A stretch of DNA of 64,000 bases from Mytilus trossulus. Lineage: Eukaryota. Location: contig NC_086373.1 in assembly GCF_036588685.1 (NCBI RefSeq), positions 100,688,001-100,752,000 on the forward strand, written 5' to 3'. The translations under genes were made by a program, and so were the position numbers. Below are positions 1 to 11,904 of the stretch, piece by piece. Below the pieces are notes generated by a model that worked only from the letters and a program-made list of their open reading frames with translations, was not told the DNA's origin and did not search any database. Numbering within the stretch: the stretch's first letter is position 1; every line of letters starts with the position of its first letter.

Positions 1-40
1 ATGGCGTATTCTGATGTGTAAATGTAAGATGGCTACTTAC

Positions 41-3000
41 CGTCCATAAACATCATCCCACCGAGCATGGCGTCATCTAGTGTGTACGATGGAACAGAAC
101 ACATGGGTGTGTGTGTTTCGTGAGAACCATGTCGACGGAGATACATCGAAACAACATGAGGGTTCTCCATTGTGACGTTGTTAACTCGACGGTTACCGTT
201 ATTTCTCACCATAATCTTAAATGAAATAATAGGCCAATTTTCTTTAATGACATAATTTACAATAAAATTGAGAATGGGAATGGGGAATGTGCCAAAGAGA
301 CAATACAATCATTGGCATAAATATAAATCACCATTAATCTAGAACAAAATTTCTAGAAAACTAAATCAAATTAAAACCTCACATAATAAACGTTCATAGT
401 AAACTTTTGTAACTACCCTTTAAACAGTTCATTGCATGATAAACTCTTAATGGAAATTACAAGACTTTTTCCTCATTGAATGATAAACTCGTAATGGAAA
501 TTACAATAATTTTTCAAATATGTTTTCATATATAATGATTTCTGAAGAACTTGGATATACGTCTCGAAGTAGCATATTCCATGTAGTTTGTACTTTAATC
601 TGCATCATTTGGTCTCTTATGGAGAGTTGTCTTATTAACAATCACACCAAATCATACATGATTATATCATTTAATGGTTTTTGCATCATTCTTCACCAAT
701 ATACTGAAATGTGCATATTTCGCTTTAAAGATGGAAATAGTTCTCAAAAAGTAAATCACAAAAAATCAGAACTCCGAGGAAAATTAAAAAAGGAAAGTCC
801 TCAATCAAATTGCAAAATCGAAACCTCAAACACATCAAAATAATTGAAAACAACTGTCATATTCCTGACTTGGTTCAATCATTTTTTTTATGTAGAAATG
901 GTATATTGAATCTGTTTTAAAGCTAGCTAAACCTCTTACTTGTATGATAGTTACATACAATTTCATTACATCGACAACGATGGATGAACAAAACAAACAG
1001 ACATAATTGGTACAAATGTCAAAAATAGGGGTCCATCAGTCAATATTGTGTTATTTTCTTAATCACTATAAAAACAAACAAATAAGTAAAACAAACATTT
1101 ATCATGGAACAATAACAATATTGCTGGATGTGTAATTAGGATACACAAATTATCATAGAACAATAACACAATGACGGGATGTATATAAGTACAGAGCCAC
1201 GTCATATGTAAAAAAGAAACATAAAAAGGCACAGACAAAACATACTTACAAGAATACAAAAATTATCATACCATAATAACACAATGACAGAGCCATGTTA
1301 AATAGATACCACCAAAAATAGACTAAACAGTAAAAGTAATATTCAAAAGGCAAAAAAAAGAATAGTATCACTCGTCAAGGAAGTGCTGCTATTAGTCTAA
1401 CTTCAGAAGAAACTTCTGCGATTCTCCTTTTATAATTGTTGGAATCTGATATAAAATAAACTAATCATAGATACCAGGATCAAAATTTAATATTGACGCC
1501 ATACGCGCGTTTCGTCTACAAAAGACTCATCAGTGACGCTTGAATCAAAAATGTTTAAAAGGATAAATAAAGTACAAAGTTGTAAAGCATTGAGGACCAA
1601 AAATTCCTAAAAGTGTTGCAAATACAGCTAAGGTAATCTATTCCTGAGGTAGAAAAACCTTGGTATTTCAAAAATTCAAAGTTTGTAAACAGTTAATTTA
1701 TTATTATGAACATATCAATGATAACTCAAGTAAACACAAAAGTGCTGACTAATAGGCTGGTGATACACCCGGGGAAATAAATCTCCACCAGCAGTGGCAT
1801 CGACCAAGTTGTTGTTAATAAACTCATCATAGATGCCAGGATTAAAAACTTAATATTTACGCCAGGCACGCGTTTCGCCTACAAAAAACTCGTCAGTGAC
1901 GCTCGAATCAAAAAATGTTTAAAAGGCCAAATAAAGTACAAAGTTGAAGAGCATTGAGGACCAAAAATTTCTTAAAGTTTTGCCAAATACAGCTTAGGTA
2001 ATCTATTCCTGAGGTAGAAAAGCCTAAGTATTTCAAAAGTTCTTAATTTTGTTAACAGTTAATTTATCATTATGAACATATTAATGATAACTCAAGTCAA
2101 CACAGAAGTGCTGATTACACTATAATATATTTAGATATTACCCTATGAACAGCGGCTCCCTGGTGTTTCATTTGTTCCATTAGAGTACCAGAACCAGCAG
2201 TGAGTGTAATGGTGTGATTAAGTTGTACCATTTCAACTTCAAGTTCGACATCAATGTCTTAAAATAATATGGAGGAATATGTAATTAAGTAGTAGACATG
2301 AAGTCTTTAAGTAGAACTATGATTACCAGTGTTCAAATTGCTAGAACAGAAAATTACAAAAGTTACTTCAAATATAGACTGTGACTTTGAGAGAGTTGTT
2401 ATTAAACTTATATATCGTTAGAATTGACAATAGACATAATCTTTTACTCTGAAATTGACATTATGATATATTTCAATTGTTACTGACAAATTCTTACCAA
2501 GTAATAATTGAAATCCGATAACTATCCCAATGTTAACAACGATCTTTCAAATTGAATGAGCAATTATGAATTATGTGATACAACATATCAATTGCAATTA
2601 TTTATATGAAGACAATAAAATGTTCATTGTTTTTAACGTACCTGAAAAATCGCATACCATTACACCTCTCTGTGCTGCTTCATATGTCATTCCATTTGTT
2701 ATGTCATCAATAACAGCAAGTATGTATCCTAAAATATCAAGAACATATTTTTTATCATTTTCTTTTTATTCGTGTACAGTTGAAATTGGCGCTTCTTAAA
2801 GCAAATGTTGTCAAATTTGTAAGGTTAGAAGTTCCTCCATTTCTAAACCAACAGTACTGCCTTGGAATTAATCAGAGTGATTGAGAGAAGTCATTTCTAA
2901 GATTTTATCGAAGTAAACTATATATTGAAAAAAAATAATAAGCCATATACCAGGCAAACAAATCATATAAGAATAAAACCATGTGTCCACCAATGAGTCG

Positions 3001-6000
3001 AAATACTCGTGTCCGGAGGACTTATTCACAATTGTTTTTTCGATGATTATAATTACAGTGTAGTTATTACATCCATTAACATTGATTTTTTTGTTTAACT
3101 TGAATAGTAAATCATATTGTTTTAAAAGGAAGGATTATTCTTAACGAACACTCATACTATTTTAACACCAACTTATACTCATACACAAAGGTTGCCGTTA
3201 GCCAATGACATGTTGTAACCGGTATGTGTTCTATGGTGTGTCATTTTTTGCAATTAGAGCATGATTCACCATGTACCAGCCGGTTTGTTTTATTGAATCA
3301 TACTATTCGGTTAAAAAATATTCAATGCATACCTGCTCCGCATGGTATTTCTGCTTGGTCAATGTCAATACTTGATGATAAGGACCATTCTGTATGCACA
3401 GCTCCCATATCTGCAACAAACAGGGTATGTGTATTGACACATGCTCTATATATAACAGTGTGTGGCAAGAATAAGAAATATAATATAGACATACTAAAGA
3501 CACACCAAGCAGATCAGGATGTCATGAAAACATGTAATTCAATTAATATACTATGAACATACGAGAAGACACTACGGTAATACCATTTATAAATCAAACA
3601 AACTTTAAGATTGCCTAAATGTCCTTCAAATCTTATTGTTCATCAGTAATGGTTATATAGGCTTTTTTATGGTTACAATATGCTGTTGTTGTTCAATGAT
3701 TGTATCTAGTTACTACAATACTACAGTTCGTTGTTGGCATCGTACTAGATTGTCACAGTCTTCCTGTACTGTGACAGTGTTGTATGAAGATGAAGCTGAC
3801 GATGATGACGACGACAATGTTGATGTTGACGATGACGATGGTGGATGATGAAGATGATGGCTTAAAATTCAGTGCCGAATATTGCCTGCATGTTCAATAA
3901 AAATACAAATCAACAACCAAAGCAACAGGTAGTTCATATAATATACACCGTCTGGTATATAAGTCTGCAAAATTCAAACTGAGTGTATAATGAACAGGGA
4001 CAGAAATTTTTACTTGCAATAGACTACAGATATTTTAGTTAGGGTTTAAACGCATAGCATTCTCTCTACAAGAGGCATCGGATCCAGCACTCCCCCTTCT
4101 GACTACGTATTTATATATTCTGCACAGCGAAACGAGCACTCCACATTGGAAGGTTTAACTGCCGGTCGAAAGAAGGCTCAAGTGACCGATATGGCTTCTT
4201 TTCTCCCTCTCCTTTAATTATGTTTGACGTCTTATCAACGTGTTTCCAATACTAGTATCTCTTTTTTATTTATACGACAAGGGATTTTTCTCTACGTTAT
4301 CATTCTTTCGAGTTAAAAATATCAGAAGCTGATATAAAATAATGTTAAGTTCCTTTATAACCGTGTTTAAGCAGTTAAAAGACTATCGATAGTCAATTGA
4401 AAGCAAAGAAAAACTTTCAAAAACTCCAAATAGTAAAAAAGGGGGGAAAACGGTTGTCATTTTCATTTGTAATTTCTGAAGGTAGTACATATAAGCAATC
4501 TTTATCGTTTTTCAAAAAAAACCATACGTACTATATGGATTATGATGAAGTGGTACAGCATGCATAGTATTCGGGAAACTGGAGAAATGAAAAGTTAGAT
4601 GTGCATTGTGTAGACTGGTATGGCTTCCATTAAACATCAGTTCAAATTCTGGTCCACAGACATCCTAAAATATATCAACAGTAGTCTTCAGACAAAATCA
4701 TAATCATAATTACTATGACCATTATCATAATTACTATAACTGGTATAATTTTTTCATTATGATTATTCTTTTTTTTTTTATCGTTATAATTATTACTATT
4801 ACCATTATCACTATTTATATTATTATTATCATAATAACTATAACATTATCATTATTATCATAATCATTATTATTATTATTAGTGGTAGTAGTAGTAGTAG
4901 TATTGACTTTTGATACGATATCAATATATGTACATTGTATGTTATTATGTACTAACATGTATATTGGTACCATGCTCCAGAGATACAATTCCAGACATTC
5001 CAGGACACATGAATGATAACGGCCCGGATTCACCATAATCGGCTAAAATAGAGATATCATTTATACAAAATAAATTTAAACATTTGTATTCTTTTCTATG
5101 TATTCTGTTTGCTTATGATACTATTTTAAGTGTCATATGTTCAAGTAAACTACAAATTTAAAGGCTTGTTTGTTGTTTTTCTTTAAGAACAAGAAAGTAT
5201 TGATTTATACTATATACGAAAATAAAATGTTTCCTGATATTTGAAACAGTTAATTAAGAATTACTAAACAGAACGTTTGCTTGTATCACCAGCCCATTAG
5301 TCATCACTTCACAATTTATTTGGCCTTTTTAACATATTTTGATTCGAGTGTCACTGATGGGTCTTCTTTGAAGAAACGCGGGTCTGGCGTAAATATAAAA
5401 TTTCAATCCTGGTATCTATGATGAGTTTATTGTTATCCATTCGTTTGGTGTGTTTGAGCCATTTTCCCATTTGCTTATGGACTTTTCGTTTTGAATTTTC
5501 GTCGTAGTTCGGTATTTTTGTGAATTTAACTTTTTTCATTCGACAACAAAGTGTTCTCCTTGCCATTTTTGCGACAACTTCGGTAAAATGTAAGTTTGTT
5601 GCTGAAAACTCTTTATCAATTCAGTCATAAAAAATAACGTTACTTTTGTCAACAGTGTAACATGCAAACCTACTTGTATAAAATCAACCTAAAATTGAAA
5701 TATATTTACATGAACAAAATATCATGTCATGTAACCACAAATCTTTCAAAATCATATTGGAACTCCTTTCCTCGACAGAAAATTGGGTGCAGCTTCTCAA
5801 ACTTGCATTGAAATCAGACTTTTTGCATTTTCTCGAGTGTATTTTTTGAGTGCTAATTCGACATTTCAAGGACATGCTGGATATATAATAAGATTCTGCA
5901 GAAAAATATTTGTTGAAAATGTTGCAAAATGGAGTGGAAAATTAAATATGATAAGAATTCATATTTGATAATATGTCTTATAAATATGTACGACCCTTAA

Positions 6001-7198
6001 TCCTACCTAAGATGTAAATACACTTATGTATTTGCCGTACAGTGACCTATAGTTACTTATTTCTTATTCTCTGGTGGATAGATGTCTCATCGATTTTATA
6101 TTTTATTGGAATCGGTCTAATACTATAACTGTGAATTATTGATTGTTTGTTACATAAATGTGTGCATTTTTGTCATTCTATCAATCTGATCAAATGTAAG
6201 CTTTCCTCTGTATTGCATTTTTTTTATTTGTTAGCCGGTGTGGGCCCATGAATTTGGAGTGAACTATTCACATGATTTTTTTATTTACAAATGTTTTGCT
6301 CTTAACCTTTTTTCATTAAGCCAATGTTCTTACCCTTTTTAACTTGAAATATAACTTTGATCGCTCCATTTGGGTTGGTCTATTTTTTTCTTGAGTATCA
6401 ATAGAGTGTATATTTTGTTAATAAAATAACGAATGTTTTCAGAACATATTCATAGTTACTTAAAAGTATATGAACGTTTATAGTTGACATCTTAACTCTG
6501 GTGATACATTCAATCTGTTTACATTCGAAACCAACTGTTTCAGTGGTAAGTGAGATCGATTTTTTTTAATCTTTTTTTTGAAAAAAGTATGATTCAAAAC
6601 TTGGATGAAAATTTTCGATCGAGGTGACATCTAATCCCCGAGTTATTTCATTGTGCATCAGTAAAAACACATATCTTAGTGCAGGCTTTTGGTTAGAGTA
6701 GTCTTTCATTTAATTTATGTTATTTCTGTTTAAATCTGGAGCCAGTCGTAGAGATTTATTACATCTCACAATCGAAAATTGTAATGTTTTATTTTATTTT
6801 ACAAATTCATACAAACAACAAATTTATATAAGGACTTTAAGTAACCGTATCGGATATGAACCACTTTTGAGACGAATCATTTTTGTCGAGGTCCTTCAGA
6901 CACTTTAGATTCCAGTCAAAAGCTAGTAACATATATATACTTTCAAAATATCAATGAAACACCATTACAGTAACATTAACATAGTTTTCTGCTCATCCAT
7001 TGAGCGACAAGTTTATCTTGAGGATCTTAAAGATTCAGAAATTTTAGTTTCAATTGATCTTTTCGATATTCAAAAAAGAAATAATTGTTTTTATTAACAA
7101 TAATGATTATAATAAATAAGAATATTACCTGTCCAAATCCCACAAGGTAATATGAAACTAATTAAGGTTATCCGCCATACATTGTCCATGGTCATCAT
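41..7198 (-). CDS. Uncharacterised secreted protein with internal ~130-aa beta-rich (Ig/CARDB-like) repeats; 3' end lies outside the window
   Basis: Seven GT-AG exons with compatible phases and no stops: 7198-7129, 5042-4957, 4664-4532, 3410-3333, 2728-2642, 2257-2142, 215-41 (745 nt). Translation: MMTMDNVWRITLISFILPCGIWTA (signal-peptide-like) DYGESGPLSFMCPGMSGIVSLEHGTNIHDVCGPEFELMFNGSHTSLHNAHLTFHFSS...IPCGAGYILAVIDD...CDFSDIDVELEVEMVQLNHTITLTAGSG...HRIMVRNNGNRRV...VVSMYLRR...FMD. The fold assignment is inference. Confidence 0.7.
723..1250. repeat. Dispersed bivalve-type interspersed repeat; inverted copy at ~11130-11545
   Basis: Shared segments in opposite orientation, e.g. gctagctaaacctcttacttgtatga / tcatacaagtgagaggtttatctagc and aacaaaacaaacagacataa / ttatgtctgtttgttttgtt. 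Confidence 0.65.
1496..1539 (-). ncRNA. Minimal type I hammerhead ribozyme, core intact, GUA cleavage triplet
   Basis: Minus strand reads gcgtca-CTGATGA-gtct tttgt agac-GAAAC-gcgc-GTA-tggcgt: stems I and II, and a short stem III with a palindromic loop. Confidence 0.85.
1859..1902 (-). ncRNA. Type I hammerhead, probably inactivated (GCC in place of GUC)
   Basis: gcgtca-CTGACGA-gttt tttgt aggc-GAAAC-gcgt-GCC-tggcgt. Confidence 0.7.
3785..3860. repeat. Imperfect (GAT/GAC)n microsatellite
   Basis: gaagatgaagctgacgatgatgacgacgac...gatgatg, located in an intron. Confidence 0.8.
4697..4902. repeat. Compound (ATT/ATC/ACT)n and (GTA)n microsatellite
   Basis: attattattattagtggtagtagtagtagtag and flanking degenerate triplets. 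Confidence 0.85.
5290..5430 (+). mobile_element. Retrozyme fragment with a degenerate hammerhead (5347-5390)
   Basis: gtgtca-CTGATGG-gtcttctttgaa-GAAAC-gcgg-GTC-tggcgt followed by atcctggtatctatgatgagttt, as in the other copies. Confidence 0.7.
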
Positions 7199-7950
7199 TA
7201 CCTTACTACCTGCAGAAATGATGCTTTAAATGGCAGAATCAAAATACGTTACCACGGTAACAAGCGTTGTAAACAGTTTGTCAGGTAAGATTGATTTTTC
7301 GTTTCACAACAGATATAGGGTGTAAATTAGGACGAGAGTATGTTAATATAGGTATGGCAGGTGAATTGTAGAGATGCTAACAATCACCTATTGGATAGTG
7401 CCAATTAGCAAAATATCAGATTAAATGCATTGTTAGAAGAGCTATTTGGGAAAAGAGAAGATGATACAATGTACCCTAATTAAACTCTGAAAAACATTAA
7501 CTTACTTATCAACTGAACAGCATTTTTGTTATCTTTTTTTTCTGAATATTTAATGGCATATTAACATTCCTTATAAAAAGAAGTTGAAAATCAAAATTTT
7601 GATAAGAGCAGTAAACGCCTATATCGCAATAAAACACATAAACCCATAAGAAAATCATCGACGGAAACAACTTCAAATTGATTAAGAACATTAACTATTT
7701 TCCCTCATTTTCTACCGATTGTGCTTCTATTTATGATTTCTTGAGAGGAAATCAGGGGAAAATGAAAAAAGGACAACCAATCACATAAAAAAGTACTAGT
7801 AAACATGCTTAGAATCAGAATGAATTATGTGTCCTTGTACATTCACGTGCCTTCCTCTAACCATCAAACTGTCAACTCGGGTAGTGCAAACAATGGATTC
7901 AAAATAATATCAATAAGCACCGAATGAAAATCTGTGATGTAAATATGTTA

Positions 7951-8130
7951 GTATGGCGTTCATTATCACTGAACTAGTATATATTTGTTTAGGGGCCAGC
8001 TGAAGGACGCCTCCGGGTGTGGGAATTTCTCGCTACATTGAAGACCTGTTGGTGACCTTCTGCAGTTGTTTTTTTTATTTGTTCGGGTTGTTGTCTCTTT
8101 GACAAATTCCCCATTTCCATTTTCAATTTT
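7951..8130. repeat. Dispersed repeat; near-identical inverted copy within 63081-63265
   Basis: tatggcgttcattatcactgaactagtatatatttgtttaggggccagctgaaggacgcctccggg... matches the reverse complement at 63170-63263. Confidence 0.85.
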
Positions 8131-8633
8131 AGATGTAGATGCTTTATTCCATTTATTCCATCAAAATTCCATCTGTATACTTACTTTTTTATCAAGCATG
8201 TCAACAGACATTTAAAGCTTAAATGTCTGTAATCAATTCAAAAAACCAAAGGAAATGTATATCATATAAGTTGACGTTTCTGTTCTGTCTTCCATTAATT
8301 AGCATGTAATATTCATTTACCGACTCTGGTAATATTTGATATCCATATATAAAGGCAAAAGTAGTATACCGCTGTTCAAAACTCATAAATCCATGGACAA
8401 AAAACTAAATCGGGGTAACAAACTAAAAACCGAGGGAAACGCATTAAATATAAGAGGAGAACAACGACACAACACTGAAATGTAACACACACAGAAACGG
8501 ACCAAGCATCAGACAAAATCCCACGAGAATAACAAATATAACATATATAATTGGTATTATTAATTATTGTTTTACACTATAAATATACTCAAATATATCA
8601 GAAATCAATCCCTTTCTAAATAAGTCTACATAT

Positions 8634-9080
8634 ATAAAATCATATTCAAAACAGTATGGTTGTGACCATTAATTGACGATCTAAATGATCCCATTGACTG
8701 GGACAGATTAGGTAAACGTTTGTCTGTAACGACCACTGCTCACTTCTTACTTAATATAAAATTTAAACTGTGGGGTCACCAAAGGTTCTGAACGCCTTTA
8801 ATAATAAAATAATTCGAAAAATTATTCAGGAATAACCTTTATGTTTTGATTTATATTATTGATATAAATCAAAACATCGTATTATTCCGGATACGTTTTT
8901 CGAGTTGCTTTATTTAGGTGTTGAGAACCTTTGGTGACCCCACAGTTTCAGTGTCTTTAACAAGTACATAGTGAGCAGTGGTCGTTACCGACAACCGTTC
9001 ACCTAATTTGTCCCAGTCAATGGGATAATTTAGGTCGTCAATCAATGGCCACAACCACACTGTTTTGAATTTGATTCTAT
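8634..9080. mobile_element. Fold-back MITE with ~200-bp imperfect inverted arms
   Basis: attcaaaacagt...cccattgactgggaca...aaactgtggggtcaccaaaggttct mirrored by agaacctttggtgaccccacagttt...tgtcccagtcaatggg...actgttttgaat. Confidence 0.85.
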
Positions 9081-9405
9081 TACATAAAAGAACAATGTAC
9101 GTAGTAATTTTATTTCAATGAAAACTTCCCAAATAATATGTCAAGTGTTCAATTATTGCAGTTGGATATAAGATTCTAAATAGCTATTTGGTTCCTGGAA
9201 ATGCTATGTCATATGATTGCACCAGAGAAATAATTCTAAACTACTAGTTTTAAAAAATAAATAAAAAATAAACGCATAGCTCAGATGAATTTTTCAACAA
9301 GTCAAACTGTCAATTGCATCTTCGAATTTGTTAAGGATATATTTAAACTTTAAATGTCCGTTCTTTTGATTTGTCTCTCTGTCACATAAATTTGCGACTC
9401 GTTAA

Positions 9406-9810
9406 AATGTCGTCATCGGCCGTCTATAGGCCGAAGTGCCCCGAATTGAAGTCACAAGAACTAAAAATGTTGACCAGAGCACAATTTCGCGACTTTGAAA
9501 GAGATATAAACAGACTGGTTGTACTAATGACCGGTCGCGGAGTGAACGACGTCGCCTAACGACTTCTGTACAAGATCGCTACATCCGAGTATTTCATCTA
9601 CAGCATTGAACCGATACCTCAACAGCCACTGCAAGTAGGATACCAGGATTCAGAAGAACCAGCTAATAACAGTCAATAATCGACTACGACAACATGGCAT
9701 TAGACCCAGGATGTCATATTTTGGACCCGTGTTGAGGCCGTTACACAGATCGAATAGTCCGATGGCGGACAGATTGAGGGCTGGACATTCCACAACTGGC
9801 ACATAATCTG
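9406..9810 (+). pseudogene. Decayed N-terminal part of a Tc1-family transposase
   Basis: Reading across frameshifts and stops gives QTGCTNDRSRSERRRLTTSVQDRYIRVFHL...TSTATASRIPGFRR...GPVLRPLHR, resembling the Tc1 DRPRSGRPR.TT..QDR.I region. Confidence 0.7.
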
Positions 9811-9814
9811 GTTA

Positions 9815-10180
9815 AGCATCACTGATGAGTCTTATGTAGATGAAACAGGCGTCTGGCGTTTATATTTATAGTGTAGTACCTTTGATAAAATTGAGAATGA
9901 AAATGGGTACCTTTGATAGCTATTTACATCTCGATGCCATTGCTGGTGGATGTAACGTCCCCGAGGGTATCACCAGCCTAGTAATCAGCACTTTGGTGTG
10001 GACATGAATTTCAGTTATTTGATCATTTTTATAAATATCCTGTTTTCAAAACTTTGAAAATTTCGAAAAACTTGGGATTTTCTTATCCCAGGCATAGATT
10101 AATTTAGCCTTTATAGTACAACTTTTTGTAATTTTGGATTCTGAATGCTCATCAACTTTGTACTTATTTGGCTTAATAAT
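9815..10180 (+). mobile_element. Retrozyme monomer with a hammerhead at 9816-9859
   Basis: gcatca-CTGATGA-gtct tatgt agat-GAAAC-aggc-GTC-tggcgt followed by the conserved gatgcc..gctggtgga..ccccgagggtatcaccagcc module. Confidence 0.75.
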
Positions 10181-11904
10181 GCAACCTATAAGGTATCATA
10201 TTGAGTATGTAGGCCGGTGGTGAATTCGAATATTCATCAAAAACAATTTATAAAATGTGTAAAAATTTATTAAACAGCAAACATGTGACATTGTAGCTTA
10301 TGCTAGAGTATACATAGCGTATACATAGTATACTTAAATTTAAAAAAAAAAAACAGTTATATATACATTATCCTATTGTGTGCATCATCAACAAGTATAC
10401 TGCATTATCAAATACGTACAAATTTCAACAAAAATATATTATATGTTCAAGCAGTTAATATATATGATGTTTCTGTGATAAAAAAAAAACATATTCTAGA
10501 GTATGTTACTAGGTTATTTTGTGAACAAATCTTTATAAGGCGTTTATATTAACTAAATCACTGTTTTAAAAAAATACATATGTATCCATATAAATGATGG
10601 TTGGACTGTGATACAAATAGTAGTTGAAATGTATTATGTCTGGATTTTCAACTTTCAATGAACATTTCCCTAACAATTATCTTCGAGTATCATTCAGATT
10701 CACACTCTAAAACAAGTTTTGATACTTTGTGGTAAAATATGTATTCTCGAGCGGACATTTTAATTCTCTACCCGCAAAAATGAAGCATGAAGAGAGTGCA
10801 AGAGTTAAAATATTAAACTATCTCGCTTTCAGATATATTGGATTTATGCATTCTGAATTTAAGAGAAAGACAACGTGAAACTGGTCATACACACAATTTA
10901 ATGTAAATGGAGTGATATTTTTAGTATAATTTTTCATTAAAATATGGTCTTACTGGCCATTTGAAAATGAAAATGAGGTTGAAGGTATATGCCATATGAT
11001 AGACAAACAGATACTCCCAATTTACATATTCACAAATGAAAAAAAGCTGACTAATGATGTAAATGTATTCAGCCAAAAGTAAGACACCCATTTAACTGAA
11101 AATCTTTGAATCGTAAAAGTTTTACTTTTTGGATTCGTGTCTTTTATTTTTACTAATGTGCTTTGTCTATATGCCTTTTTGTTTTTATTTGTTACATATT
11201 TGTTTGTTTAAAAATCTTTAAGATAAAAACACATTTTGACTGCTGTACCCCTATTTCGACATCTTTACCTATTATGTCTGTTTGTTTTGTTCACATATCG
11301 ATGTCAATATAATAGAATTTTAAGCGACTGTCATACAAGTGAGAGGTTTATCTAGCTATAAAACCAGATTTAATACACAATTTTCTACATAAGAAAATTC
11401 CTGTGCCAATTCAGGAATATTATAGTTGGTTTCTATTCGTTTAATTTGTTTGAGCTTTTGATTTTTCCATTTGATTAAGAGCGTTCCTTTTTTAGTATTC
11501 CTCAGAGTCAGATACCTTTGCGATATTACTTTTTGATACAAATAAAATATGTATAGACTAGTGGCAGTTGGCTTATTACAAATAGAATAAAATAAAATAC
11601 ATATGCATCAAATAATACCACATAAATATTCCCTAAATATTATAAGTTTGAACTGGATAAATTAATATCCAATGACAATATTGATGGTATCAATAGTATA
11701 GTAAGTACACTTACAAATATCTATAAAGATTAAGATACTGAAGTATTATCCTTTTGCGATTAGAGTTTCACATATACTAACAAAAATAATGTAATTCATA
11801 TTTAGAAAGGAATTTTCCACAAGAAAATCTCTCATCAAAAGCTAACAGAATTTTAGATTAATTGGGTAAAAATATCTCGGGAAAACATGAATGGCTGATC
11901 GAAT

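Larger units (their letters stand above)
1460..2115 (-). mobile_element. Non-LTR retrozyme, ~1.8 tandem units of ~363 nt with two type I hammerhead motifs
   Basis: Direct tandem repeat, homologous (inverted) to 15490-16210; hammerhead motifs at 1496-1539 and 1859-1902. Confidence 0.85.

Noticed and set aside
3636-3848. Acidic-tail ORF
   Set aside because: Produced by the GAT/GAC microsatellite within an intron.
4105-4140. Minus-strand gtgctcgtttcgctgtgcagaatatata resembles the U6 snRNA 5' end
   Set aside because: Similarity is short, and the ACAGAGA box and remaining U6 sequence are absent.
5644-5688. 45-nt phase-0 candidate exon (VDFIQVGLHVTLLTK) of the secreted-protein gene
   Set aside because: Incompatible with the phase-1 signal-peptide exon; the model closes without it.
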